The notes beneath the pieces were generated by a model. That model saw only the letters and a list, made by a program, of their open reading frames with translations. It was not told the origin of the DNA and ran no database searches. A DNA stretch of 64,000 bases from a virus. The stretch is from the IMG/VR virus record IMGVR_UViG_3300014501_000001, positions 1-64,000 of that record. One strand, written 5' to 3'. This document shows positions 31,007 to 40,630 of this stretch, one piece after another; position 1 is the stretch's first letter; each line of letters starts with the position of its first letter. The position numbers were made by a program, and so were the translations under genes.

Positions 31007-32604
31007 AGCTCAGCGTCCCACGCTGCCATGATGCGGTCCATCTCGTCAGCGGTCTCGGCTGCCTCATCGGGCATGCCGCCCGTGAATACCAGTTCCTCGC
31101 ATGCCTGCCTGGCAGCCTCCGGCCACCTGCCGCCGGCAGCATCGGCCACGGCCAGCAGCGGCTCCCACAGCTCGGCCGGCCTGTTCCCGATGCCTTCCGG
31201 CACTTCCGGGACCGCATCCTCCATCTCGCCGATGACCTGCGATGCCCACAAGGTGAGCCGCTCGCTGATCCTCGCGGCGACGAACGCGGCGTCACGGCCG
31301 AACCTCGGCGGCCGGTAGCCTTCCGGTCCCCTGGCCATCCTGACGCGGATGCCGCGGTCAAGCAGTGCCTTCAGGTGGCTGCCGGTGCCGGTCTCCAGCA
31401 CGTCCAGGCCGGCGATGGCCAGCGCGCCGAACGTGGGCAGGGATTCCACCTTGCCCGAGCGAACGCGGGTCCACGAGCCGTCCGGGGTATACCCGTCGTT
31501 CACGATGGCCCGGATGGCTGACTTGCGCTGCCCCTGGCCGAACAGGACATCGCTTTCATCGAGGAACACGGTCCGGTGCTCCTTGCCGATCGAGTGCGCG
31601 AGCGCTGCCTCTGACGGCTCAAGGAACACGCGGCCCTGCGGCGTGATCTTCGAGAGCAGCCGCAGAACATGCGACTTGCCGCTGCCGGGCTCGGAACTGA
31701 GCAGCATCAGGCGCGGCGTCGAGGGGAACACGAGCATCCCGCCTGCGTCGCGCGCATGGGCGTGAGCTGCCCACAGGGTAAGGGTGTCCAGCACGGCCTC
31801 GCTGGGGTAGATGCCGAAGTAGCCCAGGAACTTCCGGGCGTACCCAAGCTCGGCTTCCCCGTCCAGTTCAGGGCGCCGCGAAGAGACCACGGTGCCGCTC
31901 TCGCGGACCGCTACCTGCCCGGTTCCGCCGGCTATCCTCGCTGCCCTTATCGCCCGCCCGGTAGCGCTCTTGTGCGTGCACGAGTCATCTACGTGCAGGC
32001 ATTCGGTGTCAGTGGTCATGCTTCCTCCCCGAACAGGGAATCCTGGCCGGGCAGCTGCACTGCCGCCGGCGTGGCCTTGCGTGACGGCACGGGCAGCAGC
32101 CGGGGGAACAGGGTGGCCGGCGCGGTCTCGATGATCGCGCGCTCCCTCCTGCCCGCTGCCTGCCGGTCGAACTCCGCCGCCTGCATCTCGCTCCATGCGG
32201 TCATCTTCGTAAACCTTTCTTTGCGCTGATAGCTGGTCATCGAAGCCCGTTGCGGTGATGCGAGGGTGGGTATCCCACCAGTCGCAAAGATCAGAGGTAG
32301 CGTTAGCGCGGGCAGTCGCCTCATTGCCTGACCAGAGCTGCCACTCGTCGCCGAGCTTCGAGCCGCGGGCTAGCAGGTGGCCCCTTAGCTCGGTCCTGGC
32401 CTGCGCGTACTGCGCTTCTGCGGCGTACACGAAATCGCCGGTGATCAGCTTGACGCGCCGCGCTGTCATGCGCTTCACGCGCTCACGGCGGGAACGCTCG
32501 GCGGCTACCGCGCCGGACCAGTCATCGGCGGCGACCGCGGCGAGCTCGGAAAGCTCGGCGGCTGACAGCGCCGACAGGTCCGGTCGTTCTAGCGTGATGG
32601 TCAT
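31003..32604 (-). CDS. DUF3631-type P-loop ATPase (replication-associated); strong internal start at 32019
   Basis: LWAAHAH, EPGSGKS, FLDESD, NDGY, NRPAELWEPLLAVADAAGGRWP. Confidence 0.75.
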   Translation of the reverse strand: MTITLERPDLSALSAAELSELAAVAADDWSGAVAAERSRRERVKRMTARRVKLITGDFVYAAEAQYAQARTELRGHLLARGSKLGDEWQLWSGNEATARANATSDLCDWWDTHPRITATGFDDQLSAQRKVYEDDRMERDAGGGVRPAGSGQEGARDHRDRAGHPVPPAAARAVTQGHAGGSAAARPGFPVRGGSMTTDTECLHVDDSCTHKSATGRAIRAARIAGGTGQVAVRESGTVVSSRRPELDGEAELGYARKFLGYFGIYPSEAVLDTLTLWAAHAHARDAGGMLVFPSTPRLMLLSSEPGSGKSHVLRLLSKITPQGRVFLEPSEAALAHSIGKEHRTVFLDESDVLFGQGQRKSAIRAIVNDGYTPDGSWTRVRSGKVESLPTFGALAIAGLDVLETGTGSHLKALLDRGIRVRMARGPEGYRPPRFGRDAAFVAARISERLTLWASQVIGEMEDAVPEVPEGIGNRPAELWEPLLAVADAAGGRWPEAARQACEELVFTGGMPDEAAETADEMDRIMAAWDAEL

Positions 32605-33989
32605 TGCGATTTCTCCCCCTGGCTGGAGTTGTTTCTGAGTGCCCTCCCGCGCCGCGAGCGCGGATGCCCGGTCCTGCCGGTCCGAGGGCTTGACGTGCTA
32701 GCGGCTGATCGTGACTCTGCTGGTGACCTGCGCCGCGCTGGTGACTTCCCATGCCCCCGCAGGCCGGTCCTGACGGCACGCACGATCCTGCGGACGGTTC
32801 CCGCAGCCTGCGCACGGTGGAATCCGTGTGACCGGACCCCTGTAACGGTGTAGCTCATCGTTTCCCCCCTGGCTGGGATTTCACGGTGCCTTCCTGGCAC
32901 ACTGCCGGGCCGGCGCGGTAATGAGCGCGCTTGCCCTACGGCGATGTCAGAGCCCGGCTGCGACCTTGCGCAGCTCATCCGCGATGACCTGGTAAGAGGC
33001 AGCCCAGCGCGCGTCATGCTCGGCGCTCACGATCGGCTGCCCGAGCTTGCCGGCGTCGCGGAACTTCCGCGCGTCAGAGGCGTAGGACTCCGCGCGCTCG
33101 GTGAGCTGCCCTGCGCACTCAGCCCACACGCCTTCAGGATCGGTGTAGTACGTGACCGCCTCGCGGCAGTGAGGGCAGCTCTCCGGCCGCTTCGGCTTGC
33201 GCGCGGTCATGACGCCACGCTCGCATGGTCACTGATCAGCGCCGAGCCGGTACGGATGACCGCCAGCGCGTCCCTGGCCGCCATGGCGATCCCGTCCGCG
33301 TAGAACAGGTAGCCGCGCTTCGGGCCGCCTGGCAGGCACGGCGTGAAGCCCTCGGCATCCATGCGCCGCTGGCAGATGCGCTCCCACCGTTCGAGCCACG
33401 CGATGACGCTGTCGCGTCCCACGGGGCAGTCGCGGAAGTAACGCGCCGTCATGCGGTTAAGCGCCGCGCGTCCCCGCCAGTAGCTCGCTTCCGTGCCGCG
33501 GACGCCGGCAGCATGGGCCGACGCGCTGTCTGCGGCCCATGCGAAGTAGCCGCCGGCCTGGTCAAGCTCGATCCGCCTGGCGGCGATCATGACGTCAATG
33601 GTGCTCATTCCGGTAAACCTCCCTGGCTAGGTTCCTGCTGAGCTTTCCAGCGCAAGCGACGCGCGTTACCGCGCCGCTCACGCAAGCAGCTCAGGAGCTG
33701 CTATCACTGCGGCTGACAGCGCGTTGACCGCTGCGGCCAGATCCGGGAACTTCCCGAGCGGCTCCCACCGCACGCCGGACGCGCGCCAGTGCCCGCAATA
33801 GAATTCGAGCCGGCCGGCGTCACCGTTGCGGTACGACGCGCGCACCGTGCCTGCCTCGTCCCCCTCATCGATCACGAGCGTGAAGTCACCGAACGCCGGT
33901 GACCTGACAACGCCCAGGTCATCGATCATGAGAACCTCGGCCATGCCTGGCATCGTGACCGGCCGCAGATCCGTGCTTACGAACGTCAT
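32601..33989 (-). CDS. Small genes of the leftward operon (32601-32858, 32947-33210, 33207-33608, 33678-33989)
   Basis: Most are preceded by C(T/C)AGCCAGGG(A/G)G. Confidence 0.6.
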
Positions 33990-34014
33990 GTCTCGCTCCC
34001 TGGCTAGTCGCTAC

Positions 34015-34070
34015 GGGCTCATCAGGACCGGCATAACCGGCCGACGCGGCATCGCTGCCACGTTTCGCCC
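34015..34070 (-). ncRNA. Type II hammerhead ribozyme A
   Basis: GGGC GAAA CGUGGCA-GCGA-UGCCGCG UC| GGCCGG-UUAUG-CCGGUC CUGAUGA GCCC; complete core, all three stems pair. Confidence 0.92.
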
Positions 34071-34231
34071 TACCTGCGCTGGTCAATGACCGCCACGTGC
34101 CCGTAAACGTCCACCGAGCCATCCGGCCGCAGCACTACGGCAACCGGCTCAGTGACCGCGGCCAGTTCGCCTAGACCGCTCATGTCGTCGGACGAGTGGA
34201 ACCGCATGGTTGCCGTGTTCTCTCTACTCAT
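34070..34231 (-). CDS. 53-aa ORF between the two hammerheads
   Basis: MSRENTATMRFHSS...VIDQRR; GGAGG/AAGGGA upstream. Confidence 0.65.
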   Translation of the reverse strand: MSRENTATMRFHSSDDMSGLGELAAVTEPVAVVLRPDGSVDVYGHVAVIDQRR

Positions 34232-34244
34232 TCCCTTGCCTCCC

Positions 34245-34302
34245 GGGCTCATCAGCGCGGCCCCTTAGCCGCGGACTCCGCAACCATCGCGGAGTTTCGC
34301 CC
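34245..34302 (-). ncRNA. Type II hammerhead ribozyme B
   Basis: GGGC GAAA CUCCGCGA-UGG-UUGCGGAG UC| CGCGGC-UAAGGG-GCCGCG CUGAUGA GCCC. Confidence 0.92.
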
Positions 34303-34306
34303 TGCC

Positions 34307-35063
34307 CTAGCTCGCCATATGCCGCAGGAACACTGCCCGCGTCACCTCGAAAGCCCCGTTCACCATCCGTGCTACCTCGCACAAGTGCCTGCCGCACGGC
34401 GCGAACAACTCGATATGCGCGATCGTGAAGCCGAGTACGTACCGCATCAGGCAGCACTCGCCTTTGCGTGCATCTCACGGAGCGGCGCGGCCAGCATGCG
34501 CAACCGCACGTCGCCGGCGCTTGCCAGGCAGTTGCCCTCCGCGTCGTACTCACCGTGCGCGCCGTGAGTGTCCGCATGCCGGCAGTTGCCCCAGCGGTCG
34601 CACAGGACCGTGAACCTGGAGCCATCCGACGCGCACACATGAAACAGGCTGACGCGCGTCTGCGGGTAAGGCGTCTCGATCTCCTCGATGCGGTATCCGT
34701 AGTCACCCCACTCGCGGGCGATGTAGCTACCTGCCGCGCTGAGCTGGTCTGGCGTGATGCTGAGCATGCGATCTCCCTGGCTAGATGATCTTCCCGAGTG
34801 CCCGTGCCACGCATCGAACGTGACAGCCTGCCTGTCAGGACGGGCCAACTGCCTCAGTCCTCGTACGGCACCTTGTTGCTGCCGTCGTCCTGGACGCCAT
34901 GCGCGATGTCGCACCGGCTGCAGAACACGCCATCCGCATCCCAGTCCATGGAAGCGTTACCGTGCACCGGGCAACCGACCGCCATGGCGAACCTCTGCGC
35001 GTCGCTCAGCTCATCCCAGCCTGCGAGTTCCTGAGTCCGTGCCCACGCTTCGGGTGTCATCAT
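34307..35063 (-). CDS. First genes of the leftward operon (34854-35063, 34447-34767, 34307-34447)
   Basis: RBS motifs; TGATG coupling at 34447. Confidence 0.6.
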
Positions 35064-35159
35064 CTGCACTGAAACCTCCTGGTAGTCAGACGGCAGCCGA
35101 CCTGTGCCGGAGTTACGATCCGGGCCGGTCTCGTATTCATACCGCATCTGCATACCGCA

Positions 35160-35188
35160 ATGATGGGCCCTACCCGTGCCCCTGTCAA
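35160..35188 (-). promoter_or_regulatory. SigA-type promoter of the 35-30 kb operon
   Basis: TTGACA-N17-CATCAT; tandem TGCGGTATG just downstream. Confidence 0.7.
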
Positions 35189-35614
35189 CCCTGCCGCGTA
35201 AAGTTTCCGTAGTGATCTTGAAGCTAGCGCGCATGAGTGCAGGTCACGACCCTGCACCCTGCCTCCAGCCGCGTAAAGTGGTGCACTATGCGCGGCACTG
35301 AGAGCATGCCCGCGCGGGACCTGGACCGCGGCACCGATGGCAGCTCAGCGGCCAGGCCCGGCCCGGCCAGGTACATACGCGGGGTGGTCCTGCCGCCCCG
35401 GCCAGGGCAGGGCATGAGAAGACCCCCCCTGCTTCGCTCTGGGCGCGCGCCGGCGGCAAAGGGTACCTTCGGGAATTTCACGAGCGATGTCCCTTGTGCG
35501 CACATGGGACTCCGGTGCCCTCAAAAAATCTCGCGCTGCATGACTCGCGCGCATGGCACGGTAGCCGTATACCGTATACGGAAATGCCCCCTGGGGCGCG
35601 TAGCGGTATACGGG

Positions 35615-36195
35615 TTACTCGTCCGGGCCGTCTAGCAGTTTCTGCTCAGCGGCGAAGGCTTTGGCCTCCTGCTTCATCAGCTCGCCGAACCGCTCAGGGT
35701 TCTCCCTGGCGAGCCGGCTGAGCGCCCGCGAGCGAACCATCGTCCGGTCGTAGCCATAGATCGCCCACGCTTCCTTGCATGCTTCGCAAGCCTGCTCCCC
35801 GGCCCTGCGGTGCCGGTGGTACCCGGAGATGGTCCCGCAGCCGGCCCGCAAGCGTGTCATGGAGTTGCGGTGTACTTCGCCGCCTCGCGCTCAAGGTCCG
35901 GGGTGTCCTCGCCGGACTCCAGCACCAGGGATGCGGCACGCTGCAGCCGGTCCGCAAGCAGGAGGGCCTCGGCGGGGTCAAGTAGCGCGGAGACCATGTT
36001 CCCCTCCTCGGACATGATGAGGCCGATCATGCCGGGGTCGTGGGCCGCGTTGCCGCAGCCGTCGTGGTCGCAGGTGGCGGCGCCTTCGGGTTCGTAGACG
36101 TGCTCGACGGCGATTGACACGTCGTCGCAGGGATGCAGGCAGCCGATCATGCGGCTGCGGAGCGGGCCGGCCTCTGGCTCAGGGTTCGCTGTCAT
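35615..36195 (-). CDS. Two hypothetical proteins (35615-35860 with CGT..GY..H....E.AC..C motif; 35857-36195)
   Basis: Coupled ORFs. Confidence 0.6.
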
Positions 36196-36237
36196 GGGTA
36201 TCAGTATACGGGAATCCGGTATCCGTATACTGGCAAC

Positions 36238-36615
36238 ATGCCGAGGTCAAGGACCAAAGACGGGCGCCGCGTGATCGTCACCGCGCGGCTCAGCGAGACG
36301 GAAGCCGAAGCGATCGACGCGGCGCGCGGAAAGCAGCCGCGCTCCGAATGGCTCCAGTCCGCTATCCAGCAGGCGCTCGCATTCAGCGAGCGGCCAGATC
36401 CGGCCCGGCCACGGCGCGCGGCACCGAGGAAGCCGACCGAGGCCGAGAAGGACGCTGCGCGGATCGTCACGCGCCGCATGACCGGTGCGGAGATGCCGGC
36501 CGTCCCTGCCGCTGAGCCTTCACGCGGGCAGGACCGCGCCAGTGAGTGCCCGCCGCACCCGAAGGGGCGCGTTCTCAAGGGGCTGTGCGGAGCCTGCGGG
36601 ACGCACGTCGGCTGA
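36238..36615 (+). CDS. CopG/RHH-like regulator with C-terminal Zn motif
   Basis: IVTARLSETEAEAIDAARGKQPRSEWL; upstream inverted repeat CAGTATACGG...CCGTATACTG. Confidence 0.7.
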   Translation: MPRSRTKDGRRVIVTARLSETEAEAIDAARGKQPRSEWLQSAIQQALAFSERPDPARPRRAAPRKPTEAEKDAARIVTRRMTGAEMPAVPAAEPSRGQDRASECPPHPKGRVLKGLCGACGTHVG

Positions 36616-36623
36616 ATCGCCAG

Positions 36624-37641
36624 TCAGCACGCCTCTGCCGTGACCGGGCAGATGGGGTTACCGCTGAGATGCACCATCTCGTAGCCGTCCACCCCGTCTG
36701 AGGGCTGGACGGGGCGGACCCACTCGCCGCATTTCATCCCGCACTCACGGACCCCTGCGGCCTTCTCCAGGGACCGGATGGCGCTGTTCAGTTCCGCCCT
36801 GAACCTCGCGATGCGCTCGAAGAACACGGCCGGGTCCGGGCTCGCGCCGATGATCCACTCGTCGCACTGATGCGGCAGCCAGATTGCCCAGTCACCGTCT
36901 TCCACGTCCATGGGGACGGCATCGCCGTCAGGCCATTCGGGTTCCGGCTGCCCGGGCTGGTGCGTCCCGAAGCCAAATGGCTCGCTCACGGCTTTCCTCC
37001 TGCCTCCGGGTCGCAGGTGACCAGTTCGGCTACCTCGTAGCCGTAGCGGTCCGGCGGGTACGGGCTGCCGTCATCGAACAGCATCTCCACCTCGTAGTAG
37101 GCACGCTGCCTGTCGCGTGCCCGCTCGGCCTTGGCGTAGGTGCCGTGGACCTCGTTGAACTCCGTGCCCGTGCGCATCGTGCCATCTGGTGCGGTGATGA
37201 AGGTCACGACCACGAAGCCGATGTGATTGCCGCTCATCCCCTGATCGTAGCCACCCGCACCGTGGGTCACCCCTTGCGCCGGTTGCTCGTTACGGGCGTG
37301 CCTGCCTCTTTGAGGTCGATGCAGTAGGTGCCATCCACCTGGATCAGCGGCCAGCGGCGCGTCTGGCTGGCGTCGAGCTTGATGAACCGCAGGAATGCGA
37401 CAGCCGACGCTACGTGCTGCTTGCCCCGCACCCGGTGGGCGTTCTGGTGGGCCGCCGCCGTGCTCCGGAAGCCGGCGAGGCGCTCCTCGCGGTAGTACAG
37501 GAACGTGACGGCCGCGGGCGAGCCGAGAGCCTCCCAGGCTGCGCCGCTGAAGGTGATAACACCCCGGCGGGTGATAGTTACCGTCGCATGCGTGCTGCGC
37601 CTGCGCGAACCAGTGCGCTCGTAAATCTCGAAGTCCGGCAT
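36624..37641 (-). CDS. Three hypothetical proteins (36624-36989, 36986-37237, 37267-37641)
   Basis: ORFs with plausible starts. Confidence 0.55.
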
Positions 37642-37702
37642 CTTCTAATGCTACATCTAAAGCGCGAAACGCGCATGCCACCCGCGCAGCAAGGAGACCT
37701 GA

Positions 37703-38374
37703 ATGAAGCGACTCCTCGCAGCCCTGCTCGCGGGCGCCGTGGCCCTGATGCTCGCCAGCCTCCCCGTATCGGCGGCAGCCTCCGCGCATCCCCGCGGCCA
37801 TGTCGTCACCCTTCCCGGCATCAAGGGCAACAACGACGGCAATGACCTGTGCTGGGATGAGGGCGGCGCCGACTGCCTGCATGTCTCCGGGCCCGCCACC
37901 GATGACGTGGTGCGCACCGACCCGTGGACCTACTCGGGCGGCTACATGGCGTTCGAGTTCGTGAACGCCATCGGCTGGTACCCCGGCGTGACCGTCTCCT
38001 CCTCCGGTGCCTACCCGTTCACCCCCGGCTCCGGCATGAACGCCACGTACAACGGTGACCTGATCGTCATCGGCGGCTTCACCAGCATCCTCAATAACGG
38101 CGGCAACGGCGGCTGCATCGGCGTCGATTCCGCCGATAACTACGCGGACGCGCTGGAGCGGCCCTGCCTGTTCGGCCGCGGCTCGACCCTGGTCCTGCAG
38201 CTGGACCCCTACGGGCAGGGCAACGAGGTGATCTCCGTCGCCTCCAGTGACCATTACGGCACCCCGATGTTCCTCAACGGCGCCGGGGACGGGATCGCCA
38301 CCGCATGGGTGCAGCCCCTCTCGTCGTGCGACGGATCTAATGCCACCTGCCTGTGGGCACCGGGAACGAGCTAG
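37703..38374 (+). CDS. Secreted Cys/Gly-rich protein
   Basis: Signal peptide MKRLLAALL...ASA; RBS AAGGAG. Confidence 0.75.
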   Translation: MKRLLAALLAGAVALMLASLPVSAAASAHPRGHVVTLPGIKGNNDGNDLCWDEGGADCLHVSGPATDDVVRTDPWTYSGGYMAFEFVNAIGWYPGVTVSSSGAYPFTPGSGMNATYNGDLIVIGGFTSILNNGGNGGCIGVDSADNYADALERPCLFGRGSTLVLQLDPYGQGNEVISVASSDHYGTPMFLNGAGDGIATAWVQPLSSCDGSNATCLWAPGTS

Positions 38375-38378
38375 CGCC

Positions 38379-38984
38379 GTGGCCGCTGACCCGGAAGGCG
38401 GCGCCCTGGAGCACCGCCGGCGCAAGCGGGATGCGTTGCCGGCGCGGCAGCTTGACGCGAAGGCCCTGGAGCGGGCGAAGCGGGCCGCTGAGGCGATGAC
38501 GCTGCGGGCACGCGGCCACTCCATGCAGGAAATCGCCGACGAGCTGGGCTACGCGAGCAAGGCGGTCGCCGAGAAGGATATCCGCCGGGCGCTGCTGGAG
38601 ACCATGCAGCAGCCCGCGGACGAGCTGCGGGCGATGGAGTACAACCGGACCATGCTCGTGATCCGGGGAGCGTGGGACCTGATCGCCGACCCGCAGCCGC
38701 TGGTGGACAAGACGGGTCACCCGGTGACGCTCATCGGCGAGGACGGCAGCGAGTACGCGGTCCCGGACCAGGCCATCATCGACCGGCACCACCAGACGAT
38801 CCTGAAAGCGTCGGAGTCACTGCGGAAGCTGATGGGCCTCGACGCGCCTACCCGGTCGGTGAGCGCACGCGCGGCGATCAGCCTCCAGGAGCTTCAGCAG
38901 ATGTCCGCCGACCTCGGCATCCCCGCCGAGGAGATCTACCTGAACGGCGGGGAGCAAGGGGATGACGAGGACGCGCCCGGCTGA
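38379..38984 (+). CDS. terS: Terminase small subunit (HTH)
   Basis: AMTLRARGHSMQEIADELGYAS...RKLMGLDAP; directly upstream of TerL. Confidence 0.75.
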   Translation: MAADPEGGALEHRRRKRDALPARQLDAKALERAKRAAEAMTLRARGHSMQEIADELGYASKAVAEKDIRRALLETMQQPADELRAMEYNRTMLVIRGAWDLIADPQPLVDKTGHPVTLIGEDGSEYAVPDQAIIDRHHQTILKASESLRKLMGLDAPTRSVSARAAISLQELQQMSADLGIPAEEIYLNGGEQGDDEDAPG

Positions 38985-40590
38985 GCCCCTGGAGCCCCTG
39001 GACATCGACGCGGAGATCCGGCGGCTCCTGGCCCTCAACGCGAAGTGGCTGGCCGCGAGGCAGGAAACGTCCCGCGAGTCGGTTGCCAGGTACCTGCACG
39101 ATCCGTCCGGATTCGCCAAAAATTGCATCAACTGGGACGCGGCGCCCGGCAGCAAGGACGAGGGCCACGGCGACGGCGCGCGGGGGCTGGCGGACTACCA
39201 GGCCGAGATCCTGGACCTGCTGGACAGCAAGAAGCGCGTAGCCGTCCGCGCGCCCCGCGGGACCGGCAAGTCCATGCTCGGCGCCGTCACGGTCCTGTGG
39301 TTCGCGCTGACCCGCGAGGCCGCGGGGATCGACTGGAAGATCGTCACCACCGCCGGCGCGTGGCAGCAGCTCAAGAACTACTTCTGGCCCGAGGTCCACA
39401 AGTGGGCCGGGCTGATCCGCTGGGACATCGTGCGGGACGGCCGGCCGCCGAAATCCGATGAGCTGATGCGCCAGGCCCTCCGCCTGCCCCACGGCCTCGC
39501 CCTCGCCGCCGCGCCGACTGACTCGGCGAAGATCGAGGGCGCGCACGCGAGCGCGATATTGATCATGTTTGATGAGGCGAAGCTGATCCCGGCGACGACG
39601 TGGGATGCGATCGAGGGCGCCCTGTCCGGCGGCGGCGAGGCCCTCGCGCTGGCCCTGTCCACGCCGGGTGACCCGCAGGGCCGGTTCTACGACATCCACT
39701 CCCGCCGTGAGGGCCTGGAGGACTGGACCGCCCGCCACGTCACCCTGGACGAGGCGGTAGCGGCGGGGCAGATCAGCCGCAAGTGGGCTGACCAGCGGAT
39801 CAGGCAGTACGGGCTGACCTCCCAGTTCGTGCAGTGCCACGTCCTCGGCGAGTTCCATTCCGCTGACGATGATGCGGTGATCCCGCTCGCCTGGATCGAG
39901 GAGGCGGTCGCCCGCTGGCACGCCTGGGCGGATGAGGGCAAGCCTGACCTGCCCGGCCCGCACTCGGTCGGCTGCGACATCGCCGGCTCCGGGTCGGACA
40001 TGACGGTCCTGGCGATCCGCAAGGGCCCGGTGCTGACGGAACTGCGTAAGTTCGGCAAAGCGGACACTATGGCGACAACGGGCAGAATTAAGGGCCTGCT
40101 CGATTCTGACGCCGAGATGACCGCCGTGGTGGACTCGGACGGCATCGGCAAGGGCGTCTACGACCGGCTCCGCGAGCAGAAGGCAAAGGCCGAGCCGTTC
40201 ACCGCCGCTAAAACCGCAGGCCAGCGGCGTGATGTCTCGGGAGAATACAGATTTTCTGACTGGAGAAGCTGGGCATGGTTCCGCCTGCGCGAGCTTCTGG
40301 ACCCCCGCAGCGACCCGGACATCTGCCTCCCTGATGATGATCTTCTGATCGGTGACCTGTGCGCCCCGAAGTACAAGATCGAGTCCGGGGCGCGGATCAA
40401 GGTCGAGTCCAAGGTCGATATCCGCAAGCGCCTCGGCCGGTCTACGGACGACGGCGACGCTGCCGTAATGGGGTATTCCTCCGAAGGCACGACATGGCTG
40501 GACGCTTACGGCGTAACTCGTTGTGAGTGTGGCAAAGCGTACATGGCGCGGCTCGGGAAGTGCCCCGCCTGCGGGGAAGTCGCCGCCTGA
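38962..40590 (+). CDS. terL: Terminase large subunit
   Basis: APRGTGKS, MFDEAK, LSTP, GCDIAG, VDSDGIGKGVYD, RSTDDGDA; C-terminal Zn ribbon. Confidence 0.92.
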   Translation: MTRTRPAEPLEPLDIDAEIRRLLALNAKWLAARQETSRESVARYLHDPSGFAKNCINWDAAPGSKDEGHGDGARGLADYQAEILDLLDSKKRVAVRAPRGTGKSMLGAVTVLWFALTREAAGIDWKIVTTAGAWQQLKNYFWPEVHKWAGLIRWDIVRDGRPPKSDELMRQALRLPHGLALAAAPTDSAKIEGAHASAILIMFDEAKLIPATTWDAIEGALSGGGEALALALSTPGDPQGRFYDIHSRREGLEDWTARHVTLDEAVAAGQISRKWADQRIRQYGLTSQFVQCHVLGEFHSADDDAVIPLAWIEEAVARWHAWADEGKPDLPGPHSVGCDIAGSGSDMTVLAIRKGPVLTELRKFGKADTMATTGRIKGLLDSDAEMTAVVDSDGIGKGVYDRLREQKAKAEPFTAAKTAGQRRDVSGEYRFSDWRSWAWFRLRELLDPRSDPDICLPDDDLLIGDLCAPKYKIESGARIKVESKVDIRKRLGRSTDDGDAAVMGYSSEGTTWLDAYGVTRCECGKAYMARLGKCPACGEVAA

Positions 40591-40630
40591 GTTACTGTAC
40601 GCATTGCTGCATACCGTATACACTGCTCTC

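Noticed and set aside
32911-33677. Degenerate inverted repeats (CGGCGCGGTAA...CGCTTGC) as an invertible segment for the tyrosine recombinase
   Set aside because: Only 11 contiguous identical bases in GC-rich hairpins; enclosed genes are co-oriented with the operon
35085-35135. Twister-like UAACUCCGGC in the operon leader
   Set aside because: The P4 GU-N3-AAGC element and pseudoknot partners are not found
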